From a virus, in the IMG/VR virus record IMGVR_UViG_3300032293_000766, positions 71,212-135,211 of that record: a stretch of DNA of 64,000 nucleotides. One strand, 5' to 3'. Position numbers and translations under genes: made by a program. How positions within the stretch are numbered: position 1 is the stretch's first letter; each line of letters begins with the position of its first letter. Below the pieces are notes generated by a model. It made no database searches. It had not been told where the DNA came from and saw only the letters and a program-made list of their open reading frames with translations. Positions 10,330-20,432 of this stretch are shown here, piece after piece.

Positions 10330-13300
10330 ATGAAAATTGGAATTCAATCTCATGGTGAGAATGGCGCTCACATATTTACAAACGATTCTCCAGAATTAGA
10401 ATACGTTGGATTGTCTAGCTATAGCCTTTACCAGCTTAGTGGTATCGTTATGGCTAGCGGACTTTTAAATCTTAAAGCTACGTCTAGAGATGTTATTTTT
10501 CAAACTTTGATGGGCGAATCAGCATATGGCACCCCTAAATATTTAAAGTTTAATAAGGATACGGGTGGGTTTTCAGAGGTTACTATACCTAACAATAGAG
10601 TAAAAAACCTTATTGAGTGGCACGAATATTTTAATGAAAATCCTAGGTATATATCTTCTCCAACTGGAGGTTTTACTAGAGCAGAGGCTAGCGGACATTT
10701 AATCGATATATCTAATAGTTTATCTGGATGTTTGACATTTTTAGTTAGTGGCACTAGTATCAAAGTTGACTATACTCTTCCAGAAAACAATGGTGGTTGT
10801 GAAAAAGAATTTTATACTTATATCAATCTACATTTTACACAAAGAAATAATGACAATACTAATCAGATAGTACAAAAGTTTCACGCTATGGCTGGTATAC
10901 CTAATACCCCAGCTGGTACTAAATATAGTTGGACAGGAACTCAAAAAGCAACATCAAGTAAACACATCGGCGTATTAGCTCCAGTTCAAGATGGTGGCGA
11001 AGATAATACAAATAATATGATAGCTGCGCCTATCGCCAAATCTTATTGCTCTAATACTGGAAGATGGGAATTTGGAACTCAGCAAACATTAGTAAAACTT
11101 TTAACGAACGTTGACCCAGTACAAGAAACAGCTTTAGATGCAGAGACTTTTGATAATTTATCTTTTGAAGAATTGTCCAATCCCGGCTCTGCATTTTATT
11201 TAAGCAATTACAAAACGGGTTACGCATCTCCAATATACCCGCAGAATAAAAATCCTAACCTTGCAATGCCAGCATTTGTTACTAAGTCTTGCGATGATAA
11301 AAACACAAAAGAAAAAATACAGGTTGTTAACAGAAGCACTAGACCCTATGCTATAGGAGAGACAGCAAAGGCTTCATTTATATGTGGAGAATGGTTGCTA
11401 TCACCATTATCTGATCCAAAACCACAGGTATTTACCCCAGTTATTAATAGGTGGCGCTTTCAAAAATTTATAGTTGACTCCGACAGCTATTTTAAAAATT
11501 GGGTATATTATTATTATTTAGACGATGACGGAAAATTAGAAGATGGAAATGAGAAAAAATTTAGTACATACGTTTCTCCAGCCCTGTATGAAACAAGCAT
11601 TACAAGAATGTTTTTTATGGACATGGCTGTTGATAGCACCATATTTGGTCCGACTCATTTAAATACTGTGAACAGCAAAACTAAAATCGCTAAAGCAAAT
11701 TTGAATGCTACTAAGTCATTAGAAACTTTACGATCTTGGACAAATGAGGAATGGGATGCATACTCTATACCTGACTCAGCTACTGAAATAAATTCAGGAA
11801 ATATTATAGTTCCATCTGATAGATATTGGCAAAGTACTGTCGCGGATCAAATGGGAACTTGGGCGGGTGGAAATGGTCCTTATAATATTATTGGTAGAAC
11901 TAATATTGCGGTAAATAATAACTCTAGCGAAGAAGATAAAGATAATTGGGCATATAAGTTCAATCACTTTTGGGGGCCAGTTTTTAATGGTGGATATAAT
12001 CCTAGTAAAATTGCTAATATAAACAATGGACAAGTAGATTTTAAAACACAAAGAAGTAATTCTACATATTTTAGTAATTCAAGCGGAACGCCAATCAATG
12101 ATAATTCTGAAGCAAAAAATATACAATACGACAGTGGTAGATATATGTTTGCTGATAGTTCAGATGGCAATTGGTCGCAATTTCCAGCAGAATTGGCTCT
12201 TTTGGGTGGCCCTAACGCTAAGAATGGTGGGCCACAGGATTGTTTTGATATAATTAAGAGTGGAATTGGTCCAGCGCTTGCTACCTCCAATTGTTATAAT
12301 GTAATGCAAAAAGTGATGGGTATAAATATAAGTGGCATTCCAGATCGTTGGGATTGGTTGTATATTGATGATGGTAATGATGATGATCCACTTGTAAACG
12401 ATCTCTATGACTTAAAACCTAATAGTTTAGAGTTAACTTTCATGCCTTTGTCAGCCGAAATGGTTGGTAGTTCAGATCAATTCTCTCGCAGTTTGTTGCA
12501 AGTTACTCTTGGCAGTAGAGGTGATTTGAATCCTAGTATTAATATCTTAAGAAGATTATATATGACAGCTAGAGGCTTTAGTGGAAATTTAGATACAATT
12601 GCTGGTCCTGAATTTGGTGCTGGTGCTTTTTATCGATCTAAGTTTCCTTTTTTGAAAGAGACGTATTGGGTAACTGGAACTACTGCTTCAACACTACCTC
12701 ATGTTTGGGGAACGAAGTTTTTTCCTAGAGAAAATCTTGCTTCTACATCAATGAAATCTTACAGTGGTGGTATGGTAACTAGAGCTAACATAATACCATA
12801 TGACTACGCAGTAAAACAAACTGCGGGTCATTCTGCTGGAAGTCCAGGCATTTGGTATGCAAGTAGTCTACTTAATCAAGATGATGATTTTAGGAGAGTT
12901 GGTGGATCTAATGGTAATGCTGACTGCGTTGGTGTTATATGCGCCAAGGTTAGTATGTCTTGGAATCAATCATCTATACCAATTAAAATTTCAGAAAGAT
13001 TTGGTTTAAACGGTGTAGGTGTTACACTTACTCCGACATCTACTAATATTATCAATGTTGGTATTTTTGGAAATACCAGCGGCCCTAGCGTTGGTCAATC
13101 AACAAGATTAACTGAGCCGCAATGGGGTAGCACAATAGATAATGCTCAAGGTTTATATAGCTTTGCAACAAATGCCTTATACGCTAGAGTTTTTACACAA
13201 TGGCCTGAGAAACAAACATTATTTGACGGTAGATATTTTGGTGTGTTACATTTTCTACCGGGGGCTTTAAGTGGTCATTCAAATATAGACTCAGAGATAA

Positions 13301-14283
13301 AAGATGATGATATTACGTATAGTGGCGCTTGGAGTCCTACCGTTGGTAGAAATAGTTCTAATGCTAACCAGAGAACAGCCACTTTACCACAGTATGAAAG
13401 AAGTGTAGATAAGATTACATATAGTGTTGATTTTAGAATTCCAACATACGCCCATCCTAAAACTCCTGCTTCTGATAATATAATCTGTAGTGCTGGAACC
13501 GTTGTTGATAGATGTGGTCCAGATACTAGAGTATTACGTCCAGAGTCAGAGTGGAGAGTTAATCCTATTAGAAGGGGCCAGATGTTTGCTGTAGGAGCTA
13601 ATACTCAGCGTGTATTTAGATATTTTAAGCGTGTAATAGGTGTTAGTAAAGATGTAGCTGATTGGAAGTATGCATATAAAGTTGACTCTAGTGGAAATGC
13701 TGTTACGGGAGCTAGTGCTGATGACGGAAGGGGAAAAGATTATTCAGTAAAAGACTTAATAGGTATAACTGGTGGGGCTGGAAGTTCTGCACAAATAGAA
13801 ATTACATCTATTGGTACTAGTGGTGCAGTTACTGGCTTTAAAATTGTTGATCAAGGAGAAGGTTATGTACCAGCTAATTTTAAGGATACTAATTGGGGCA
13901 GTCGTACTGATAGAAAAGAAGACCCATTAACAGTTCTTACTTCTATAAATATAAAAGTAAAGAATGCTAAAGCTACTGGATTAAAAGTTGGGCCTATTGT
14001 TGGTGAAGTTTATGATAGATTAATGGAAGATAAGGGGCCACTAGAAGTTGCTCCAATGACGAGATTATCAACACCAAGTGCTGCTGGAGAAAATAATATA
14101 ATTCAGACAAATAGAACTACGCAAATTCTTATAAATGCTTCAAGTGGAGTCAAGCCTAATTATGATTTATTTTTCCATTATCATAATGACATAGGGCATA
14201 CTTTATCGGCTTGGAGAGAGTGGAGTGTACAAAAGGATAATACTAATGGCTTGGCTCAATATTGCACAATCAATATTGGATAA
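10330..14283 (+). CDS. large virion protein (tail fibre/baseplate-like), 1317 aa
   Basis: C-terminal Gly-rich motif GRGKDYS...ITGGAGSSAQIEITSIGTSGAVTGFKIVDQGEGY typical of large-phage baseplate/fibre repeats. Confidence 0.6.
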   Translation: MKIGIQSHGENGAHIFTNDSPELEYVGLSSYSLYQLSGIVMASGLLNLKATSRDVIFQTLMGESAYGTPKYLKFNKDTGGFSEVTIPNNRVKNLIEWHEYFNENPRYISSPTGGFTRAEASGHLIDISNSLSGCLTFLVSGTSIKVDYTLPENNGGCEKEFYTYINLHFTQRNNDNTNQIVQKFHAMAGIPNTPAGTKYSWTGTQKATSSKHIGVLAPVQDGGEDNTNNMIAAPIAKSYCSNTGRWEFGTQQTLVKLLTNVDPVQETALDAETFDNLSFEELSNPGSAFYLSNYKTGYASPIYPQNKNPNLAMPAFVTKSCDDKNTKEKIQVVNRSTRPYAIGETAKASFICGEWLLSPLSDPKPQVFTPVINRWRFQKFIVDSDSYFKNWVYYYYLDDDGKLEDGNEKKFSTYVSPALYETSITRMFFMDMAVDSTIFGPTHLNTVNSKTKIAKANLNATKSLETLRSWTNEEWDAYSIPDSATEINSGNIIVPSDRYWQSTVADQMGTWAGGNGPYNIIGRTNIAVNNNSSEEDKDNWAYKFNHFWGPVFNGGYNPSKIANINNGQVDFKTQRSNSTYFSNSSGTPINDNSEAKNIQYDSGRYMFADSSDGNWSQFPAELALLGGPNAKNGGPQDCFDIIKSGIGPALATSNCYNVMQKVMGINISGIPDRWDWLYIDDGNDDDPLVNDLYDLKPNSLELTFMPLSAEMVGSSDQFSRSLLQVTLGSRGDLNPSINILRRLYMTARGFSGNLDTIAGPEFGAGAFYRSKFPFLKETYWVTGTTASTLPHVWGTKFFPRENLASTSMKSYSGGMVTRANIIPYDYAVKQTAGHSAGSPGIWYASSLLNQDDDFRRVGGSNGNADCVGVICAKVSMSWNQSSIPIKISERFGLNGVGVTLTPTSTNIINVGIFGNTSGPSVGQSTRLTEPQWGSTIDNAQGLYSFATNALYARVFTQWPEKQTLFDGRYFGVLHFLPGALSGHSNIDSEIKDDDITYSGAWSPTVGRNSSNANQRTATLPQYERSVDKITYSVDFRIPTYAHPKTPASDNIICSAGTVVDRCGPDTRVLRPESEWRVNPIRRGQMFAVGANTQRVFRYFKRVIGVSKDVADWKYAYKVDSSGNAVTGASADDGRGKDYSVKDLIGITGGAGSSAQIEITSIGTSGAVTGFKIVDQGEGYVPANFKDTNWGSRTDRKEDPLTVLTSINIKVKNAKATGLKVGPIVGEVYDRLMEDKGPLEVAPMTRLSTPSAAGENNIIQTNRTTQILINASSGVKPNYDLFFHYHNDIGHTLSAWREWSVQKDNTNGLAQYCTINIG

Positions 14284-14284
14284 T

Positions 14285-14294
14285 GTGTATAATA
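14285..14294 (+). promoter_or_regulatory. putative phage late-promoter motif GTGTATAATA
   Basis: Lies in a 42-bp intergenic gap upstream of an AAGGAG RBS; the same motif recurs in four other intergenic gaps. Confidence 0.5.
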
Positions 14295-14325
14295 CAATGT
14301 ATTTTATGTACAAAGGAGACAAATT

Positions 14326-15045
14326 ATGGCTGAAATATTGTTTTTTGCTAACGAAGTAGGATCAAATGGAGATTACCAGATAGCCCACACGGCTGGCTCT
14401 GGACTTGGATTCTATGGCTTGACATATGGCGCATCTGTACCAATTGGTAATCAACAGTCTACAACATTCGTTACTAATTCTAATGGTACATCAACAGAGA
14501 GATTAGAGCTAAACAATACCGCTAAAGTTTCTGTGGGTGATACAACTACTCCCGGTCGCGTTGTAATAAATAGATCTTCTGAAGTAGCTTTAAATAATCT
14601 GCCCAATAATAAATGTCCTCTAAACGTTAGATTTGTGCATAATGAGTCTGTTAGAGTGCAAAATTGTAAGTTAAGAATATTCGATAGAAACAATATTAAT
14701 AATCATGCTTCTGGCGTAACAACATACGTGTACGAAGCAAGACATCCATCTCCAGACCAAGGCGTTAACAATCTTGCGTATCGCGGAAGAACAGCAAATA
14801 CTTGGGTTGAATTTGACCCAACTGATGGTGGATCTCCAGCAGATATGTTATGTACAGATTCTCCAGGCATGAGTGGTAAAAATACTTCTGCTCAAGATAC
14901 CAATATATCATTAGGATATACAACTACTGAAGGCGCTGCCCACTCTTCACTCAGACATGATTGGTATTTAGCGTTAAGCTCTGAACCACAAAGCATAGGA
15001 AGTAAAACAAATTACGGACTCTATTTCACCGTAGAGTATCTATAA
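14326..15045 (+). CDS. hypothetical virion protein (239 aa)
   Basis: Strong AAGGAG RBS; last gene of the + strand operon; beta-rich composition. Confidence 0.65.
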   Translation: MAEILFFANEVGSNGDYQIAHTAGSGLGFYGLTYGASVPIGNQQSTTFVTNSNGTSTERLELNNTAKVSVGDTTTPGRVVINRSSEVALNNLPNNKCPLNVRFVHNESVRVQNCKLRIFDRNNINNHASGVTTYVYEARHPSPDQGVNNLAYRGRTANTWVEFDPTDGGSPADMLCTDSPGMSGKNTSAQDTNISLGYTTTEGAAHSSLRHDWYLALSSEPQSIGSKTNYGLYFTVEYL

Positions 15046-15048
15046 AAA

Positions 15049-15080
15049 TACTCGTAGCAAAATTTCTTCTGCTACGAGTA
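15049..15080. terminator. hairpin terminator between convergent transcription units
   Basis: TACTCGTAGCA-10 nt-TGCTACGAGTA perfect 11-bp inverted repeat; the adjacent A-run gives a U-tract on the - strand. Confidence 0.8.
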
Positions 15081-15098
15081 CCAAACTAACAACAACGA

Positions 15099-15434
15099 TC
15101 ACTCTGATTGTTCAGTCTTTGGGTTCCACTTCACCCATCCATTGTCAGGTAGCCACTTGCCCTCAGAATCTTTTCTCTTTGGGAAAATGCCGCCACCCTT
15201 CTTATTTACCCCAAATGACAATCTAGCTCCGCAGTCTAAACATCGTAGTTCATAGTATAGATTATCATCTACAGTCCTAACTACAAACCTTAGATTTTCA
15301 GAACCACACTTTCCGCAGACACTTTCATCAAACACTTCTTGAAACTTAGATAGTGACTCAAAAACATCTTTTTGTGATTCACCCTCAATTTCTACCTTAA
15401 GCCTATTATTCTTTGTAGTATATGTAACTCTCAT
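15099..15434 (-). CDS. zinc-ribbon hypothetical protein
   Basis: CGKC and CLDC pairs; start placed at the ATGA overlap with the upstream gene. Confidence 0.7.
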   Translation of the reverse strand: MRVTYTTKNNRLKVEIEGESQKDVFESLSKFQEVFDESVCGKCGSENLRFVVRTVDDNLYYELRCLDCGARLSFGVNKKGGGIFPKRKDSEGKWLPDNGWVKWNPKTEQSE

Positions 15435-16192
15435 GCGTTTCTCCAATCTTCGTTATAGCCTAATAAATCACTCGGAATCGTATTTTTGTCTCTCTGGTAT
15501 TCATTCAATTGATCGATAATATCACTTGCTATCTTCTTTGATATTTTTCTATTATTATCCACCTTGAATACATCCTTGAATAACTTTGATCCATTGATAT
15601 TTAACTGCTTGCACTTAACGTCTATGAAATTATACTGAGCATCACTCATTCTACCTTGATCATCGTAATCTCCGCTCGTTGAAGTTTTCTGCTTAGATAT
15701 ATCACGGACTATTTTAGCAGTATCTTTCTTGGTTAATTCTTCTGCTGCAACACCCTTGATCTTAAGTGCTTTCCTTAATGCTCTAGCCTCTGCTCTTGTG
15801 CTTGCAATAGCAACAGCGTATGCACAAAACATATCATCCGTATTACCTTCCCAAGCATCAGCAACTTCTGAGTATGTAGACCCATTAGCAAACGTTACTG
15901 TAAAAACAACAGTAGCTCTACCATGATGGTCTGGCGTTTGAACTGGAAAGACCTGTGTAGGCCCGCTAAACACAACTTGGCCTATTACAAGCTCTGATAC
16001 ACGCCTTAAACCCGCAACTAGAGGATGACCATCAACCAGTTCGTCCTCACTAAAAAGTTGCATTGCAAAATCATGCCACTCCTTAGATAGCATACTTGGA
16101 GCGTCAGACAATACTACATTCTTAACGGAAGTATCTGTATTAGACGGCGTTTGTAGTTCTTCAACTTGTTCGAACAAATTTTCATCTGTCAT
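15431..16192 (-). CDS. putative Rad52/Sak/RecT-like single-strand annealing protein
   Basis: Beta-hairpin RATVVFTVTF followed by helix AIASTRAEARALRKALKI, resembling the SSAP core; GAAAGGG RBS before MTDENL. Confidence 0.45.
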   Translation of the reverse strand: MTDENLFEQVEELQTPSNTDTSVKNVVLSDAPSMLSKEWHDFAMQLFSEDELVDGHPLVAGLRRVSELVIGQVVFSGPTQVFPVQTPDHHGRATVVFTVTFANGSTYSEVADAWEGNTDDMFCAYAVAIASTRAEARALRKALKIKGVAAEELTKKDTAKIVRDISKQKTSTSGDYDDQGRMSDAQYNFIDVKCKQLNINGSKLFKDVFKVDNNRKISKKIASDIIDQLNEYQRDKNTIPSDLLGYNEDWRNA

Positions 16193-16203
16193 TAGTTTCC
16201 CTT

Positions 16204-16971
16204 TCATAATTCAATTTCAATATAGCGATTAGATTCCTCTGGATAGTTATCCTCAATATTCTTGAGTACGCTTAATATAGATTGCTTAAGTTTATCTTTA
16301 TTAGCATACGTTAGATTGTAGTTAAGGTGCTTGATCCTTATCATAACAAAACCTTTACCCAAAACAAGTCCATTTTTTTCCATGTCAGACTTGATTTGTT
16401 TTCTTAACTTTTCTTCACCCCATATAGGCTCAAAGTGAGAAGGCCCGTCTACCTCTATTATAGCCTTGAGCGCAGGAATGTACATATCCACTTCCAGCTT
16501 ATTGCCCGTCACAAGATTATCAATATGATACAAGGCATTATAGCCATTTTGTTTTAATATTGATCTCAGATATTTTTCTAACTTCGATCCCTCTTTACTT
16601 GCACGTTGTATTTCTACTAATGCTCTTTGACGCATTTTTTCTTTATCTATATCCGACAAAGTATTCCATCTTTCACGCGCTTTATTGCATCGTTCTTCAT
16701 ATTTTTCTGAAGTAATATCTTCCCAGTTTTTACTCAAACCCTTACTGATTTTTAATTTTTCTATATCAGTTCTTTTTCTGCCAAGGGTTGGTATTACAGA
16801 AATTCCCTTTTCTAATGCAATTTTTTGAGCTTCGCTTTTATCTCTAAGTTCTATACCTAGTTTCTTAAGCCTTCTCCTAACTTTATTAGGATATGTATTA
16901 AGAATTCTAGATATTTCATATGGACTATTACCTTCATTATATAGTTTAATTAAGTCACTATCTATTATCAT
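16204..16971 (-). CDS. free-standing Vsr/DUF559-like endonuclease with N-terminal HTH and NUMOD-like repeats (homing-endonuclease-like)
   Basis: HTH SPYEISRILNTYPNKVRRRL; GRKRTDIEKLKISKG; SKLE...EVDMYIP...IIEVDGPSHF...DMEKN. Confidence 0.7.
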   Translation of the reverse strand: MIIDSDLIKLYNEGNSPYEISRILNTYPNKVRRRLKKLGIELRDKSEAQKIALEKGISVIPTLGRKRTDIEKLKISKGLSKNWEDITSEKYEERCNKARERWNTLSDIDKEKMRQRALVEIQRASKEGSKLEKYLRSILKQNGYNALYHIDNLVTGNKLEVDMYIPALKAIIEVDGPSHFEPIWGEEKLRKQIKSDMEKNGLVLGKGFVMIRIKHLNYNLTYANKDKLKQSILSVLKNIEDNYPEESNRYIEIEL

Positions 16972-17398
16972 AAACCACCTTTACTAGTCCAACTAGATCT
17001 TGACAAGGCTCTAAGGATTCAGAGCCAGTTAATCTATAAAACTCTTTTTTATGTTCTTCTGAGCTTGGGATGATCTTACATCCCCTATTTACAACATTAA
17101 ATAGAGATAGCGTATTTCTAATATTTGCTGGCTCATAATAAAAAAATGTTTTGAACCTATTAATTATCTGGTCAGTTTTTAACCATGATTCTTCAGAAAA
17201 CACAACTAAGCTCCCAGTAAATGACCACAGTTCTGTAGAATTAAAAAGCGCAATATCATAACCAAAAGGAAATGGACCAATATTATCATAAAATATAGAT
17301 ATATTTGATAGATACTTTTTATTTATTTGTGCTTCAGATACAACCTTGTTAACTAGTTCTTTATCTTGTAGGTTATTTATATAGAATCCTATGTTCAT
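16958..17398 (-). CDS. hypothetical protein, last gene of glycosylation cluster
   Basis: 146-aa ORF, alpha/beta pattern resembling a GT-B N-terminal fragment (MNIGFYI...). Confidence 0.55.
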   Translation of the reverse strand: MNIGFYINNLQDKELVNKVVSEAQINKKYLSNISIFYDNIGPFPFGYDIALFNSTELWSFTGSLVVFSEESWLKTDQIINRFKTFFYYEPANIRNTLSLFNVVNRGCKIIPSSEEHKKEFYRLTGSESLEPCQDLVGLVKVVYDNR

Positions 17399-17447
17399 AT
17401 TTTCTTCCTTATTGTATTGTAAACATCACAGTAAAAACATATAATTT

Positions 17448-18146
17448 TTAATCATTTGTAATTTTTTCTCTAGGGAATCCTAATTCTTTTCTTTTATTAT
17501 ATACCGCCCCATCTCTTCCAGAAAAGAACAAAGTTTTTTTTGCAGCAAAGTCTAGATCTCCAGAATTTATATTACCTTCTCTAGAATAATGTTCATGTTT
17601 TATAATGATATCTGGCAAGTATTTTACTTTGTTCAAAGCCTTGACCGCTTCCGTAAATTCATTATCACAATATAAACTTTTATAGTCTGGATGATATATA
17701 TAACCAAAATAGTCATATAGCTTTTTACCTAATATAGATAGTGTAATCAAGCTATTTTCTGTATATCCATCATTAAAGTGCAAAGCGCCGTCCAGATTTG
17801 GGAAATGTTCTTGCATAGCACAACATATATACTCATCCCACTTATCAACCACTGGTATCATATCATCAGAAGCGCATAGCACAACGTCAAAATCTACATC
17901 AATTTTATCGTTAATGGCACTAATTTTGTTTGATTTTTCTAAGTAGTTAATTCTGTACTTCGCTTTATTTATTAATTTGCTGATCGTTTGTCTTGTGGAC
18001 TCATTATTCATCGATCCATCATCTATATCACAGTTGATATTAAAAAATACATTATTATTATCCCCGCAAAGATTGTTGTATTTTTCTATGCAATAAATGA
18101 ATTTCTCTTTTCTGCACAATGTTGGAAATTGTACTAGTAAGTTCAT
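17448..18146 (-). CDS. GT-A fold (GT2-like) glycosyltransferase
   Basis: VQFPTLCR start strand; DVVLCASDDMIP DxD-like motif; YHPDYKSLYCDNEF and IIKHEH motifs. Confidence 0.75.
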   Translation of the reverse strand: MNLLVQFPTLCRKEKFIYCIEKYNNLCGDNNNVFFNINCDIDDGSMNNESTRQTISKLINKAKYRINYLEKSNKISAINDKIDVDFDVVLCASDDMIPVVDKWDEYICCAMQEHFPNLDGALHFNDGYTENSLITLSILGKKLYDYFGYIYHPDYKSLYCDNEFTEAVKALNKVKYLPDIIIKHEHYSREGNINSGDLDFAAKKTLFFSGRDGAVYNKRKELGFPREKITND

Positions 18147-18985
18147 AGCGCCCCCACTTTAGTTGCAATATCATGATTGAAATTTGAAAATATCGCTTTT
18201 ACTCTATTGATACCAGTATGTTTACTCTTAATATGTTCTTGTATATCTTTCCACTGGTAATCTTCTTTATTATTAATATCAAAAGTGTTTTCTGATTTAG
18301 TTATATTTTTAATAGCCTGTTTAATCTTTTCATTGCTTGTATGATAGTATGTGGGTACTCCATGATACAAGCTAGTATAAAAAGCTTGAGATACTATATT
18401 ACTATCATCATAAATAACAAAGTTTCTATACTTGGTGCATAGCGTTGGTATTTCTAATATAGTACCCTTTATATCAGAGCTTTGCGATGATCCAATAGTG
18501 TGATATGTTGAAAAATTAGAAGGAACTTTTACTTCTTTGTTTATACTATAGCAGCCAAGATCTATCTTGTATTCAGGAATTTGACTAATAATTGGATTAT
18601 ATGGATCAAAACCCAGTGGTATATATTGTAGATTTATTTTTGACTTTAGAGTTTTGTTTATCTCATTAGTATATAATAGGGGGCAATTAATATTTTGATC
18701 TTTAACAAGACTATTGATATTGTTTATGATGTCTTGATTGAGTCCAGTTACATTAAATACGCACTCTATATTTGTATTACTGGATATATATTCCACAGTT
18801 TCCTTTTTCAAAAATGAAGCATGCGTAAAAAATACGTCTGGCTTTACGGTATCAAAAATATCATACGCGCTTATATTATTCTTCCAGTATGCTGCACTAC
18901 ACCCACTAATTCTATTTATAGTTTCTGTAATATACATAGACTCAGTACTAAATGCTGTAACATAATTTTGCACGATAGCCTTCAT
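18143..18985 (-). CDS. degenerate GT-B-like glycosyltransferase-related protein
   Basis: FDTVKPDVFF and YIPLGFDP motifs resemble GT-B proteins; located in the GT cluster. Confidence 0.45.
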   Translation of the reverse strand: MKAIVQNYVTAFSTESMYITETINRISGCSAAYWKNNISAYDIFDTVKPDVFFTHASFLKKETVEYISSNTNIECVFNVTGLNQDIINNINSLVKDQNINCPLLYTNEINKTLKSKINLQYIPLGFDPYNPIISQIPEYKIDLGCYSINKEVKVPSNFSTYHTIGSSQSSDIKGTILEIPTLCTKYRNFVIYDDSNIVSQAFYTSLYHGVPTYYHTSNEKIKQAIKNITKSENTFDINNKEDYQWKDIQEHIKSKHTGINRVKAIFSNFNHDIATKVGAL

Positions 18986-19683
18986 TAAATTCCTCCAAAA
19001 TTATTGATAAAGTGTGTGTGTAGTTTTTGTTTCTTTAATTCTATTAGATCATTGAGTGCTTCGAATATAAACTTTTTCTTATAAGCTTTACTAGATACTA
19101 TGCTTCTTAATGTATTTATGCTATGTATATTGTTTATCCAAAACACTTCCATCCATGAGTTATTTAGGCCAAATCCTAAGTGGTCTAAGTTTTGTTTCTC
19201 ATTAGATATTACTCCGACTTCGAATCTTTGGTCTAGTGGCCCAATAATAATCCCAGACTTAGAAAAGTCTATTTTTGAAAGATTATGAAGTGGAAATAAT
19301 GTTCCCCCTTTAATAACCACTACTCTGTCATTATTTATGTTATTTAGGCACAATCTAAGACTCTCTGAATCATTAGTATCATTAGCAGAATAGTTTTCTA
19401 CAAATCTTATATTCTTTGAGCTATGCGCTTCTTTGATATGATTCAATAAATCGTGCTGTTCGTTATTTATCGATATTATAATCTCTGTCATCTTGAAATT
19501 TTCTAGTACATATGATAACTGTATATCAATTATAGACTTGTTCTTGACAGTAGATAAATATGAGATGTTTGTAGATTTTTTATCTCTATTTATTTTATCT
19601 GCTAGAATAATAACACTAACAAGACGATCCTTAGTAGTATTGTCATTTTTAATGATATGTATGTGTTTTTTTGTTACACTCAT
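18985..19683 (-). CDS. sugar/choline-phosphate nucleotidyltransferase-like protein (degenerate)
   Basis: VSVIILA...KSIIDIQL...IIISI...IRFVEN...TNDSESLRLCL...VVVIKG follows the NTP-transferase fold but lacks GxGxR. Confidence 0.55.
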   Translation of the reverse strand: MSVTKKHIHIIKNDNTTKDRLVSVIILADKINRDKKSTNISYLSTVKNKSIIDIQLSYVLENFKMTEIIISINNEQHDLLNHIKEAHSSKNIRFVENYSANDTNDSESLRLCLNNINNDRVVVIKGGTLFPLHNLSKIDFSKSGIIIGPLDQRFEVGVISNEKQNLDHLGFGLNNSWMEVFWINNIHSINTLRSIVSSKAYKKKFIFEALNDLIELKKQKLHTHFINNFGGI

Positions 19684-20432
19684 AGTTTTTTGTAATACCC
19701 TACGTCTTTAGATATTTGTATGAAATTATCTAAGGACATCCAATAACTTGGGCATGTATTAAGATAATCCCTAAAACCTTTTGTTAGAACAAATACATTC
19801 TTATCTGACTCAATAGCAGAAAGTTTCTCCATTTGACTAGTAACTAAATCGTTTATAGTATGCAGGACAGACATATCAAATAGATTTATATCAGTGACAG
19901 TATAATAAAGAAAATTATTAGCTATATCGTGTTTCATCACTTGTCTTACAAATAATTTAAATGAATCCTCTACATAGTTCATTGTAATAGTTTTAATGGG
20001 TATACTTGTAAGCTTATGAAATAAATGCAATACATTATGTATATTCTTAGAAGTTACCGCGCTAGCTAATACTATAGTTAACTTAGACGTTTCATAATTA
20101 GATGCTATTATTCTATCAAAGATGCTATCAGCAACTTCCTTGGTCATATTGTTTGTATCTATTATAATACCAAAAGTCAATGCTACTTCTCTTAAGACTA
20201 GATTAGTATCTAATACGCCGTTATTCCATTCATGATTTCTATAACCATTACATACTCTAGTTATTATATATGATTTTTTTTCTTGTTGTTGAAGTTCATA
20301 CGCTTCATTTCTTTCTAGAAAATGATCTAGTCGCTTTATTGCGCAATCAGTTTGCTTATTGTCTTTATAAATTGCACAAATGCAATCTAAGCAGTTAGTT
20401 TGATAGCGCTTTTCTTCTTGCTGAGATTTCAT
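19680..20432 (-). CDS. hypothetical protein with N-terminal Cys cluster, in GT cluster
   Basis: CLDC...C...C N-terminus followed by a GT-A-like alpha/beta region (LTFGIIID). Confidence 0.55.
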   Translation of the reverse strand: MKSQQEEKRYQTNCLDCICAIYKDNKQTDCAIKRLDHFLERNEAYELQQQEKKSYIITRVCNGYRNHEWNNGVLDTNLVLREVALTFGIIIDTNNMTKEVADSIFDRIIASNYETSKLTIVLASAVTSKNIHNVLHLFHKLTSIPIKTITMNYVEDSFKLFVRQVMKHDIANNFLYYTVTDINLFDMSVLHTINDLVTSQMEKLSAIESDKNVFVLTKGFRDYLNTCPSYWMSLDNFIQISKDVGYYKKL

